Shown: in pieces, positions 10,408 to 19,550 of the stretch
Layout of the letters: each line of letters begins with the position of its first letter
Position numbering within the stretch: position 1 is the first letter of the stretch
Virus record (IMG/VR): IMGVR_UViG_3300017747_002695
Span: 1-58,913 of that record
Direction: 5' to 3' (one strand)
Length of the DNA stretch: 58,913 bases
DNA from: a virus
Lineage: Duplodnaviria; Caudoviricetes
Position numbers and translations under genes: made by a program
Notes under the pieces: model-generated
What the model saw: only the letters and a program-made list of their open reading frames with translations
Database searches by the model: none
Told to the model about the DNA's origin: nothing

Positions 10408-11748
10408 ATGAATAATCGCACTGATCCTTATCAAACTCGCGCAAAAGAGCTTGCTATAGCTGCTGGCTTAAATCCTGATGATCGTATTGGAGAAGGTCGC
10501 GGTAGACCTATTTGGACTGATTTTCGTGATGCCGCGCGAAAGGAACATCTCGCTATTGAACAGGCCGCAACTGCTGCCGATATTGCCATCTCCCCACAAA
10601 AAGATGAATTTAAAAATTCTCCTTTAAAAGTTTTTGGCGATCACGATGAGGCAACAATCACTCAAATGCGTAATTGTATGAGTGTAGGCAATGCTGTGGC
10701 TGGTGTCATTTGCGCTGATGGTCATTTGGGTTATGCTCAGCCTGTTGGTGGAGTGATTGCTTATGAGAAGCAGATTTCTATTTCAGGTGTAGGTTTTGAT
10801 ATTGGTTGCGGCAACATGGCTGTAAAGCTTGACCTGCTGTATTCTGATATCAGTGCTATTGTGCCAATGATCACTAAAGATATTGCTCGTATTATTTCGT
10901 TCGGCGTTGGACGTACTAATGATGAAAAAGTAGAGCATTCTCTATTTGATAATGGTGAATTGTGGAAGCTTGCTGATGTTGAGGACTATCGCAAGAAAGC
11001 TGAGCATCAGTTAGGTACAGTAGGCTCTGGTAATCACTATGTAGACTTGATGCATGATGAAAATGGATTTGTATGGGTTGGCGTACACTTTGGTAGCCGT
11101 GGTTTAGGCCATACTTCTGCAACTAAATATTTAAAGGCGGCTGGTGGTAAGGACGGTATGAATGTTCCTCCTGCTGTAGTTGATGAAGATAGCGAAATTG
11201 GGCAGCGTTATATTGCAGCAATGCAATTGGCTGGTAGTTATTCTTATGCTGGCCGCGAATGGGTTGTAGAGCGTATTCGTAAGATGCTTGGCGGCAAAGT
11301 ATTAGATATGGTACACAATCATCATAATTATGCTTGGCGTGAAACTCACAATGGTAAAGATTTATGGGTAGTGCGCAAAGGTGCTACACCAGCATTTCCC
11401 GGTCAACGTGGCTTTGTAGGTGGCTCTATGGGTGATGATGCTGTTATAATTGAAGGTGTAGATAGCGAAGAAGCTAAATTATCTTTGTATTCTACTATCC
11501 ATGGAGCAGGACGTTTGTTTGGCCGCAAAGAAGCTAAGCGACGTTTTTCTAAAGCTGAAATGAATACTTGGTTGCAGCGCAGGGGAGTGACGTTGATTGG
11601 TGCTGATTTAGACGAAAGCCCTATGGCCTATCGACGTTTACCAGAAGTGCTTGCATATCATTCTCAATCCATTAAGGTGCTTCATACGTTGCGACCATTC
11701 GCTGTTGTAATGGCTGGCGATGGTGAGTATGATCCTTTTAAGGATTAA
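10408..11748 (+). CDS. rtcB: RtcB RNA ligase
   Basis: ADGHLGY..PVG, GFDIGCG, QLGTVGSGNHY, HFGSRG, HNHHN, VRKGATPA, GSMG, HGAGR, DESPMAYR. Confidence 0.95.
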   Translation: MNNRTDPYQTRAKELAIAAGLNPDDRIGEGRGRPIWTDFRDAARKEHLAIEQAATAADIAISPQKDEFKNSPLKVFGDHDEATITQMRNCMSVGNAVAGVICADGHLGYAQPVGGVIAYEKQISISGVGFDIGCGNMAVKLDLLYSDISAIVPMITKDIARIISFGVGRTNDEKVEHSLFDNGELWKLADVEDYRKKAEHQLGTVGSGNHYVDLMHDENGFVWVGVHFGSRGLGHTSATKYLKAAGGKDGMNVPPAVVDEDSEIGQRYIAAMQLAGSYSYAGREWVVERIRKMLGGKVLDMVHNHHNYAWRETHNGKDLWVVRKGATPAFPGQRGFVGGSMGDDAVIIEGVDSEEAKLSLYSTIHGAGRLFGRKEAKRRFSKAEMNTWLQRRGVTLIGADLDESPMAYRRLPEVLAYHSQSIKVLHTLRPFAVVMAGDGEYDPFKD

Positions 11749-11755
11749 TTAGTTA

Positions 11756-11830
11756 CTGTGTGTAGCTCAGTCTGGTTAGAGCACCGCATTTGGAGTGCGG
11801 GGGTCATAGGTTCAAATCCTATCACACAGA
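11756..11830 (+). tRNA. tRNA-Pro(TGG), CCA not encoded
   Basis: Acceptor CTGTGTG/CACACAG, arm CCGCA-TTTGGAG-TGCGG, GGTTCAAATCC. Confidence 0.9.
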
Positions 11831-11831
11831 C

Positions 11832-11907
11832 GCCGGTTTAGCTCAGTTGGTAGAGCAGTTGCTTTGTAAGCATCAGGTCGCGCGTTCAAATCGTGCAACC
11901 GGCACCA
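11832..11907 (+). tRNA. tRNA-Thr(TGT)
   Basis: Acceptor GCCGGTT/AACCGGC, loop TTTGTAA, TTCAAAT T-loop, CCA; one T-T mismatch in anticodon stem. Confidence 0.9.
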
Positions 11908-11986
11908 TTCTAAAAGTTCCATTGGAACATTCCTCATTTCGCCACGTTTCTTATTCTCTTACTCATTTTCGTGAAAGGTTACCACT

Positions 11987-12682
11987 ATGACACAAGCTGT
12001 TGAAAGCGGCTCAGGCTGGCCTAATTCTGGCGCATCTGAAGTCAATCCCGGCACTAAGCCGAATGTTGACATTGATGCGATTGCTCGTGAACAAAATCCC
12101 CACAATAACAAAGATGCTGTGAACAATGCTCTATTAAAACCTGCTGATAGCAATAATGAGGGTGGTAAAGAAATGGGGCTGGCGCATGCTCCAATCACTT
12201 CGCTTCATCCTACTTCTGAAGATTATACTACTAAAGCTGATGCTCCAAAGTTAAAGATGATTAGTAATCCTAATGTTCAGCTTAATCATTATCTTCCTGA
12301 AGCTGGCCACGTTGAATTTGAGTATCCATTTGAAGATTTGGGTATTGGCGATGGCTTCTTTATTGAAGCTGAGACAACTACAGATGCTCTCATGTCAAAG
12401 CTTTATAAGCAAGTTGACCAATATCGTAAGCAAAACTCTGAGATTGAGCGTGATGAGAATGGTGATGATATCATGCAAGATATTGCTATCAATCAGAAGA
12501 AGCGCAATGAAGATGGTACTATCCAGCTTGACGGTGGAGTGCCGCGCCTTGGTATCAAGTCCGGTTTTGTGCCTAAGCTGATTGGCCCTAACTTTGTTGT
12601 GAAGGCGGTTGTGAAGGGTGACAAGATCGGCACCAATGGTGAGGCTGGCGCAGATGGTGCTTTAGTTATTCGTATGGGTTGA
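11987..12682 (+). CDS. Putative DNA-binding protein, paralog of 8871-9533
   Basis: EYPFEDLGIGDGFF...YRKQ...NEDGT...F.VKAVVKG...GALVIRMG. Confidence 0.55.
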   Translation: MTQAVESGSGWPNSGASEVNPGTKPNVDIDAIAREQNPHNNKDAVNNALLKPADSNNEGGKEMGLAHAPITSLHPTSEDYTTKADAPKLKMISNPNVQLNHYLPEAGHVEFEYPFEDLGIGDGFFIEAETTTDALMSKLYKQVDQYRKQNSEIERDENGDDIMQDIAINQKKRNEDGTIQLDGGVPRLGIKSGFVPKLIGPNFVVKAVVKGDKIGTNGEAGADGALVIRMG

Positions 12683-12781
12683 CAGGAACAAAAAGCGCTG
12701 ATAGAGGTTGGATCATGCAAAGCAGGGCGGATGTACCCTTGCTGGTTATAGCTCTAAGCGCCTATTTGTAAATTGCCGGGT

Positions 12782-12820
12782 AAAATGGCTCTGCTCTGAA
12801 AAGCAGGGCCATTTTTCTTT
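12782..12820 (+). terminator. Intrinsic terminator
   Basis: AAAATGGCTCTGCT/AGCAGGGCCATTTT hairpin plus T tract. Confidence 0.75.
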
Positions 12821-12855
12821 GTTGACAACTAATTTAAACCGTATATGTTGAAATC

Positions 12856-13065
12856 TTACCGCCGCACTTTGATCTTCGTTTAGCTGCTATTGTCCTGTGA
12901 CGAGAAACTAGAGGTTGATCAATAGAAGGTAAAAGGGTTGTGACAGAGTTTGCAATCCGGCTCTAAGCTTAGGACGGCTCAGCTTAGAGGTTTTATTACG
13001 CCGCTCAGGCTGATATGAGCGCAGCAAAGCCCCGATCCTTAACAGGATTGGGGCTTTTCTTTTTT
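12856..13065 (+). ncRNA. Candidate stand-alone small RNA
   Basis: Promoter motif at 12822, several hairpins, strong terminator 13026-13065, no convincing ORF. Confidence 0.5.
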
Positions 13066-13089
13066 CGCGTTATCGCTTATGTGTGGGCA

Positions 13090-13728
13090 ATGCAGCCTTG
13101 GATAACCTCATCAACTTTTACAGTAGAGCAGCCTCAAGCTTGGCCTACCAAGCCTGCTGTGTCTCCATGGACTAATGTTGTAGGTGCTGCCACTCCTGAA
13201 GTGCAACCCTACCAAACTGATGAAAAATTAAAGAAGGCTTTTGGTGTAGAGCTAGCTAAATCATCTAATACGTTTGAAGCAGCTTGTAAAATTTTTGGAG
13301 AAGATACAAATAAAGCTTTATGGGTTAGTTGTAATTGGATAACTGATCCTGTTGTTATCGCATCGCGCGATATTTATTTAAAAAATATTGAATTAGCTCA
13401 AGCTCCTCTTGACAGGGAACAACTCGCGGCTAAGGTGCTGAAATTAGCAGAAGGTGAGCACATTGAGCGCAACGGCTTAAAGCTCCCGACTATAGAAGCT
13501 AAAGACCGTATTGCAGCCTTTAAATTATATTCTGACATATTGGGATACACTGGTAAGGTTGAAATAGACCAATCTACAAATAACAATATCACTAATAATG
13601 AAATGATCATTAAATTGGTTAAGGCCGAAACTAAGCCTGCCAAAATAATAGATAATACTCCTAATGTTAAATCAGAAATGCCTAATGATACTTCTATAAT
13701 TAGTTTAAAATTGGTGAAAGCCAGTTGA
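13090..13728 (+). CDS. Terminase small subunit-like protein
   Basis: C-terminal AKDRIAAFKLYSDILG...KVEI pattern; upstream of TerL; start moved to ATG 13090 because the upstream extension spans a terminator. Confidence 0.55.
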   Translation: MQPWITSSTFTVEQPQAWPTKPAVSPWTNVVGAATPEVQPYQTDEKLKKAFGVELAKSSNTFEAACKIFGEDTNKALWVSCNWITDPVVIASRDIYLKNIELAQAPLDREQLAAKVLKLAEGEHIERNGLKLPTIEAKDRIAAFKLYSDILGYTGKVEIDQSTNNNITNNEMIIKLVKAETKPAKIIDNTPNVKSEMPNDTSIISLKLVKAS

Positions 13729-13783
13729 GTTATTATTTCTGTTTTAACTGTTCGCATGGTGCGAAAACTTGGGAGACTATGTT

Positions 13784-14431
13784 ATGTTGAAGAAACTTGG
13801 ATTGTCTGTATTTGCTTTAATTGCTGCTAGCGGTATTGCTATTGCTGGTGGTGCTTTTATGAACTTCCCCGGAGTTGGTGTTACTGCAAATACTAATTGC
13901 ACCAGTTATGGTAACAATGGTGTTTGCAATCAGTATCAGCCTGCTGGTCCTACTTTCCTACAGGGCACTGAAACTTTTCCTGCTGATACGAACTATGTAA
14001 ATCCGCAGGGGGCTACTGTTCAGCCTTATACTGTTACTATTCCTACTAACTTGTTTGGTGGTGGTTACGGTAATACTACAGTTGCTTCTACCACTGGTAC
14101 TACTGCCGCTGTTGTCGCTGCTGATGGAGTTGGCACCTATATTTATACTGGCGCTGGTACTGCTACTTATACTTCGTTTAAATTTCCTGCTAATCCTTTT
14201 ACTAATCAGAAGTTCTGTTTAGTTAATGCTGGAACTGGTGTTCTCACTCTCACTGCTGTTGCTGCTTCAGCTAACACTTTTGGTAATACTCCTACAGTTG
14301 TTGGTGTAACCCCTACTAGTGTTCCTGTGCAGACTGCTGTTGGTACTGCTGGTACTGTTACTCTTGCTACCAATTGCTGGTCTTATGTCGCTGGTGCTAG
14401 CAACACTGGTATTTGGTATCGCGTACTGTAA
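13784..14431 (+). CDS. Signal-peptide-bearing beta-rich putative virion protein
   Basis: MLKKLGLSVFALIAASGIAIA leader; T/G-rich; 4 Cys. Confidence 0.6.
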   Translation: MLKKLGLSVFALIAASGIAIAGGAFMNFPGVGVTANTNCTSYGNNGVCNQYQPAGPTFLQGTETFPADTNYVNPQGATVQPYTVTIPTNLFGGGYGNTTVASTTGTTAAVVAADGVGTYIYTGAGTATYTSFKFPANPFTNQKFCLVNAGTGVLTLTAVAASANTFGNTPTVVGVTPTSVPVQTAVGTAGTVTLATNCWSYVAGASNTGIWYRVL

Positions 14432-14461
14432 TCCTCAAACAAAACAGAAAGGATTACAGAT

Positions 14462-14863
14462 ATGACTTTAGCAGCTAATGCCCCCGGTTCTTATACTAGC
14501 TCAAGGCAGCTAGTTAATGGAGCCGATATGAATAATATTATCCAACAGTTAAACTCTGCCAAAACTGGCATTGTAGCAGGAGCTACCCAAACTCAAGCAG
14601 GTGCTACTCAGTTAGATAGTGCTGTCAATACTGTAGCTACTGTAACTACTGCTGGTGATGGTGTCAGGCTTCCAAAAGGTTTTGTTGGTTTGGAAGTTTG
14701 GATTATTAATGCTGATGCAGATAGTTTACAGGTGTATGGTTTTGGTACTGATACTATCAACAGTGTAGCAACGGCTACTGGAGTAGCTCAGGCTCAAGGT
14801 GTTACTATTTATAAATGTAACTCTGTTAGTTCTGCTGGTATTGCTAACTGGGTTAGTAAGTAG
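14462..14863 (+). CDS. Putative head decoration/fibre protein
   Basis: AGATQTQAGATQL...VATVTTAGDGVRLP; no signal peptide. Confidence 0.5.
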   Translation: MTLAANAPGSYTSSRQLVNGADMNNIIQQLNSAKTGIVAGATQTQAGATQLDSAVNTVATVTTAGDGVRLPKGFVGLEVWIINADADSLQVYGFGTDTINSVATATGVAQAQGVTIYKCNSVSSAGIANWVSK

Positions 14864-14879
14864 AGTTCCTCCCCAACTA

Positions 14880-14909
14880 GCCCGCATCGAAAGGTGCGGG
14901 CATATTTTT
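14880..14909 (+). terminator. Intrinsic terminator
   Basis: GCCCGCATC-GAAA-GGTGCGGGC plus T tract. Confidence 0.75.
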
Positions 14910-14914
14910 AGGTA

Positions 14915-15571
14915 ATGAAGATGAAAAATATTTTAATTTTGGGGCTGCTCTTAATTTGCCCACAATTAGCATTTGCTCAGACTAGTCGTAATCCATGTTA
15001 TTTAAATGGGCAGCAAAGTACTAATGGTATCCATAGTTGTGAGAGTGTAAGTCAGTTAAAGCCGCTGCCTATAACAGGTAATAGTAACATACCTACTTAT
15101 AGTTCAACTATTCATAACTTTGCAAATAGTTCTGCTGGAGATATTTTTTGTATATCTGGTAGTGCTACTAAAATTATAAAAATTAAAGGAATTAGAGTTA
15201 GTGCTATAGCTAGTGCGGCTGTAAATAGTAGTGTGTCTGTTGTTCGCAGATCAACTTTAGATACTGGTGGTACACCTACTTCTGTAACTCCTGTACCTAG
15301 TGATACTTTAAATTCTGCTGCTACTGCTGTAGTCACAGGATACGCCACTGCTCCTACAGCAGGAACTTTAGTAGGAAGAATTAGAGCACAAAAATTGCCA
15401 ATTGGTACAACTACATCTACTTCTATTTCTCCTGCTCCTGCATTGTTTCAATTTAGTCCTTATTGGGATCAACCTCAAGTTTTACGAGGAGTTAACGAAG
15501 CTTTATGCATTGATGTTGATAGTACAGCAGGCGGGAATTGGGAAGTTGATATTGAGCATACAGAAGAATAA
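14915..15571 (+). CDS. Signal-peptide-bearing putative virion protein
   Basis: MKMKNILILGLLLICPQLAFA leader; 4 Cys in mature part. Confidence 0.6.
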   Translation: MKMKNILILGLLLICPQLAFAQTSRNPCYLNGQQSTNGIHSCESVSQLKPLPITGNSNIPTYSSTIHNFANSSAGDIFCISGSATKIIKIKGIRVSAIASAAVNSSVSVVRRSTLDTGGTPTSVTPVPSDTLNSAATAVVTGYATAPTAGTLVGRIRAQKLPIGTTTSTSISPAPALFQFSPYWDQPQVLRGVNEALCIDVDSTAGGNWEVDIEHTEE

Positions 15572-15575
15572 TTAA

Positions 15576-17042
15576 GTGGAGATAGAATTTAACGAAAGAT
15601 TAGCATTTTTATTTGAGCCCGCACGCTTAAAGATTGCTTATGGTGGTCGAGGCGGTGGAAAGTCAGATGGGTTTGCTATAGCTCTAATCATCTTTGCTAT
15701 GAAGATGAAGCTACGTATTCTATGCTTACGAGAAATACAAAACTCTCTTGAGGAGAGTGTTAAATCTACAATTGAAAATTATATAGAGCATTATGAGTTA
15801 GGCTGGGCATTTGAAATTAAAGATAAGTCTATCATCTGCAAACTTACAGGTGCTAAATTTATCTTTTCTGGTTTGCGTCATAAGATAAATTCTATTAAGT
15901 CACTTTCTAAAATAGATATAGCTTGGATAGATGAAGCTAACAATACTTCTAAAAATTCACTTGATAAGCTTATGCCTACTATTCGTGGTAAACATGAAAG
16001 TAGTAAGGACGGATTAGGAGGGCCGTTTAGATTAGGTCCAGAAATTTGGATTAGTTTTAATCCTGAATTAGATGACGATGAAGTTTATGATCGCTATGTA
16101 GTTAATCAAAAAATTAATGCTCCTGCTTTTCATCCTGATGATAACATATCATCTGAAGATGAAGCCTTCTTTATAGCCGCTGAAGCAGCATTAGCTAATG
16201 GGGAAACCTTAAGCGATAACGAGCAAAAGAATTATGATTATTTAAAAAGCAAGCGCTATGCTTATGTAATCAAAATCAACTATAGCGATAACAAATGGTT
16301 TCCGCCAGACTTGCGGCGTGAAATGAGTTTGTTAAAACAAAATCATCCTACCAAATATTTAGAAGTATGGGAAGGTTTTACTAAGCAAACGTTAGATGGA
16401 GCTATATATGCAGATGAAATAAAGCAATGCTTGCTTGATGGCAGACGTAAGCATGTCCCGTATGATCCTACCAAGCCAGTCTATACAGCTTGGGATTTGG
16501 GCCATGCTGATAAAACTGCTATATGGTTTATTCAGAGAGTAGGTTTAGAATTCAATATCATCAATTACTATGAAAATCAGTTAAAAAAGATTGGTCATTA
16601 TTTAGAGTATCTACAAAGTTTAAAATATAACTACGCTGTTCACTATCAACCTCATGACGCTGACAATGAGACTTTAGCTAACAGGTCTATTGCTACATTA
16701 ACTAGACGCGCGTTTCCAAATGCTAAGGTAATAGTTGTAAAGCGACCTGCAAAGAAAGTTGTGGGCATTAATGCTGTCAGAACTATTTTTGAACTTTGCA
16801 ACTTTGATTTAGCTAATGCTGCTGATGGTTGGCAATGTCTATCACGTTATGCTTACAAAGTTAATGAAGAAACTGGAAACTTTTCACGCGAACCTGATCA
16901 CGATACGCCTTGGTCACATGGGGCTGACGGTTTTCAGACATTTGCGCTTTCTTTAAAAACTGAAGATGATACAAAGAAGCCTAAGGGTAAAGCGTCTTTA
17001 CCGATATCGCAACAGCCTAGGGCTTGGATGGGTAGCTTATGA
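15576..17042 (+). CDS. terL: Terminase large subunit
   Basis: Walker A YGGRGGGKS, Walker B AWIDEA, SFNP, nuclease WDLG..D and SHGAD motifs. Confidence 0.95.
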   Translation: MEIEFNERLAFLFEPARLKIAYGGRGGGKSDGFAIALIIFAMKMKLRILCLREIQNSLEESVKSTIENYIEHYELGWAFEIKDKSIICKLTGAKFIFSGLRHKINSIKSLSKIDIAWIDEANNTSKNSLDKLMPTIRGKHESSKDGLGGPFRLGPEIWISFNPELDDDEVYDRYVVNQKINAPAFHPDDNISSEDEAFFIAAEAALANGETLSDNEQKNYDYLKSKRYAYVIKINYSDNKWFPPDLRREMSLLKQNHPTKYLEVWEGFTKQTLDGAIYADEIKQCLLDGRRKHVPYDPTKPVYTAWDLGHADKTAIWFIQRVGLEFNIINYYENQLKKIGHYLEYLQSLKYNYAVHYQPHDADNETLANRSIATLTRRAFPNAKVIVVKRPAKKVVGINAVRTIFELCNFDLANAADGWQCLSRYAYKVNEETGNFSREPDHDTPWSHGADGFQTFALSLKTEDDTKKPKGKASLPISQQPRAWMGSL

Positions 17043-17198
17043 CATTGAAAGAAAAAGCTTATAAGCTGTTGCGTGAGCGTTATAACAACTCTTTAAGAGA
17101 TGCCACTGATTTTGAAATAACTGAGTTTATAGGTCATGAAAAAGCGTCTACACTAGAATTGTTATCTGAAATATTTAAAGATATGGATTTTAAATAAA

Positions 17199-19550
17199 AT
17201 GGCTTGGTCTACATCATTTTTTGAACCCGGTTCTTCTGAAGAAAAAGAATATCAAATTCTTTTAGAAGCAAAGAAGCGATTTAAAATTTGTGAGGGGTTT
17301 GAAAGTCAAGCTAGGACATGGTTTGACTATGATTATAAATTTTCAAATGCTGATGCTAACAATATGTATCAATGGGATAATTGGGTTGTAGGTGATAGAC
17401 AGACTAGCAGACGACCATGCTTAACTATCAATAAGACTATGCAACATAATTTGCAAATAATAAATGATGGTAAGCAAAATAAGCCGGGGGTTAATATTCG
17501 TCCTGTAGGAGATGAAGCTAGCTTTGAAGCTGCTCAAGTATTCCAAGAAGTTGTGCGACATATCGAATATGTATCAAGCGCTGAAAATGTTTATGATAAC
17601 GCAGCTACTTATCAAGTGTGCGCTGGATGGGGGTATTGGCGAGTTACTGTAGAAAAAATAGCTGGCACATTTGATAAAGAAATTTATATCAGACGTATTA
17701 AAGACCCTCGTTTAGTTTATCTTGATCCTAACATTAATGAGGTTGATGGTAGCGATGCTTGGTTTGGTTTTGTTTTCGATGATATGCCAAAAGACTTGTA
17801 TGAAGCTAAATATCCTAAATTTAAAGATGTTGGAAATATAGCATTCAATGATGGAATGTATTCAGGTTGGCTCAATAAAGACACTGTTAGAGTATGCGAA
17901 TATTTTAGAAAAAGTCAGGAAGAAGATAAGCTAGTATATTTCATAACTCCTACAACAGGTGAAGAAATAGGACCGATTTTATGGTCTGATCTTCCAGAAG
18001 ATGGGAGAAATATGTTTAATGAAATTAAGAAGCGTGAAGGTGATCTACCTGAAGAAAAACAAACATTTAAAGAGCAAGAGGAACTGTCAGAGAAGATTGA
18101 ATGCTTCTTAATAGCTGGAAATCGTATTATCAAAAGTACGCCTTGGCTTGGCAAGTATATTCCTATTGTTCGTTTAGTTGGTACTGAAACTATTATTGAT
18201 GGTGTTTGGGATTGCAAAGGTCATACGAGAGCTTTGCTTGATCCGCAACGCATATACAACGTTAATAGTTCTGCCAATGTTGAATTTGGAGCATTACAAA
18301 CTAAATCGCCTTTGATGGCGTCTGCTGCTGCTATTGAAGGATATGAGGATATCTATGCTAGGGCTAACATAGATAGCGTTTCATTTTTACCTTATAATCA
18401 CGTTGATGAAAACGGAAATCCTATTCCTGCTCCATCTCGTTTACCTGCTCCTCAATCATCTCCAGCTTATGTGCAACAGATGGAAATTGCACAAAATGAA
18501 ATGATGATGGTGTCTGGTCAATATCAGGCTCAGATGGGAGAGAATGAAAACGCTAAATCTGGTGTGGCTATCAATGCTCGCCAGCGTCAAGGTGATCGCG
18601 CTACTTATCATTTTATTGATAATCAGGCTATCGCTATTCGATTTACTGGAAAGATACTTATTGATTTGATACCAAAGATTTATGATACTAAACGAGTGTT
18701 ACGTATTGAGGCTAAAGACAATACGATTATGAATGTTACTATCGATCCTAACGCTACGGCTCCTATGACAAAAGTTGAAAATTCAGGAGCTCCACAAGAT
18801 GATAATAATCAACAGATAGTTGATGTTATCTTCAATCCTAATGTTGGAAATTATGCTGTTATTTCTGATACTGGACCTAGCTATGCAACACGTCGTCAGG
18901 AAGCGTTTAATGCTCTAACTCAAATTGCTGCTCAGAATAAAGAATTCATGGGAGTTGCTGGAGATATTCTATGGAAAGTTGCTGACTTTCCTGAAGCTCA
19001 AGTGCTTGCTCAGCGTTGGCGTAAAATTATTCCAAAAAATATTACTGGTGACGCTATCGATCCTAATATTGAACAAGCTATGCATGAGGCAGCAAATAAG
19101 ATTGAACAGCAATTAGCATTGATTACTCAGCAGCAAAAAGAAATCGATGATAAAAATGCTGAGCTTGCAATCAAAGAACGTGAAATGACGCTTAAAGAAA
19201 AGCTTGCTGGTCATACTGCTACAGTTGAAGCAGTTGAACAGATCAGGGCTGATTTTGATGCATTCACTAAACGTATGACGGCTATTGGTAATTCTGGCCC
19301 TGCATTTACTCCTGAGCAAATTAAGCCTATTGTTGAGCAAACTATTAAGGAAATGCTTCAGGCAGGCGGTCCCGGTGCCGATACAAAGGGTGAGCAGGAG
19401 GCTCTGGAGGACGCAAATGGCGATGGCCTCCCTGATAGCGTTCCCGGTGTTCCCGGCTCTAGGCAGGCTCCTGATGGTCGCCATTACGTCCCCCATAGGG
19501 ATGGTGGCTTCTTGGAAGTCCAACCTTTAGAGGCTAATACTAATGCCTAA
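17199..19550 (+). CDS. Portal protein, P22 gp1-like
   Basis: RPCLTINK, YIPIV, SGVAINARQRQGD, GPSYATRRQEA; follows TerL. Confidence 0.9.
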   Translation: MAWSTSFFEPGSSEEKEYQILLEAKKRFKICEGFESQARTWFDYDYKFSNADANNMYQWDNWVVGDRQTSRRPCLTINKTMQHNLQIINDGKQNKPGVNIRPVGDEASFEAAQVFQEVVRHIEYVSSAENVYDNAATYQVCAGWGYWRVTVEKIAGTFDKEIYIRRIKDPRLVYLDPNINEVDGSDAWFGFVFDDMPKDLYEAKYPKFKDVGNIAFNDGMYSGWLNKDTVRVCEYFRKSQEEDKLVYFITPTTGEEIGPILWSDLPEDGRNMFNEIKKREGDLPEEKQTFKEQEELSEKIECFLIAGNRIIKSTPWLGKYIPIVRLVGTETIIDGVWDCKGHTRALLDPQRIYNVNSSANVEFGALQTKSPLMASAAAIEGYEDIYARANIDSVSFLPYNHVDENGNPIPAPSRLPAPQSSPAYVQQMEIAQNEMMMVSGQYQAQMGENENAKSGVAINARQRQGDRATYHFIDNQAIAIRFTGKILIDLIPKIYDTKRVLRIEAKDNTIMNVTIDPNATAPMTKVENSGAPQDDNNQQIVDVIFNPNVGNYAVISDTGPSYATRRQEAFNALTQIAAQNKEFMGVAGDILWKVADFPEAQVLAQRWRKIIPKNITGDAIDPNIEQAMHEAANKIEQQLALITQQQKEIDDKNAELAIKEREMTLKEKLAGHTATVEAVEQIRADFDAFTKRMTAIGNSGPAFTPEQIKPIVEQTIKEMLQAGGPGADTKGEQEALEDANGDGLPDSVPGVPGSRQAPDGRHYVPHRDGGFLEVQPLEANTNA

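Noticed and set aside
11790-11990. 66-aa ORF over tRNA-Pro/Thr
   Set aside because: TTG start inside a tRNA, no RBS or protein features; unlike the primase case there are no flanking domains
13015-13089. N-terminal extension of TerS-like ORF
   Set aside because: It runs through a terminator hairpin; ATG 13090 is the more likely start
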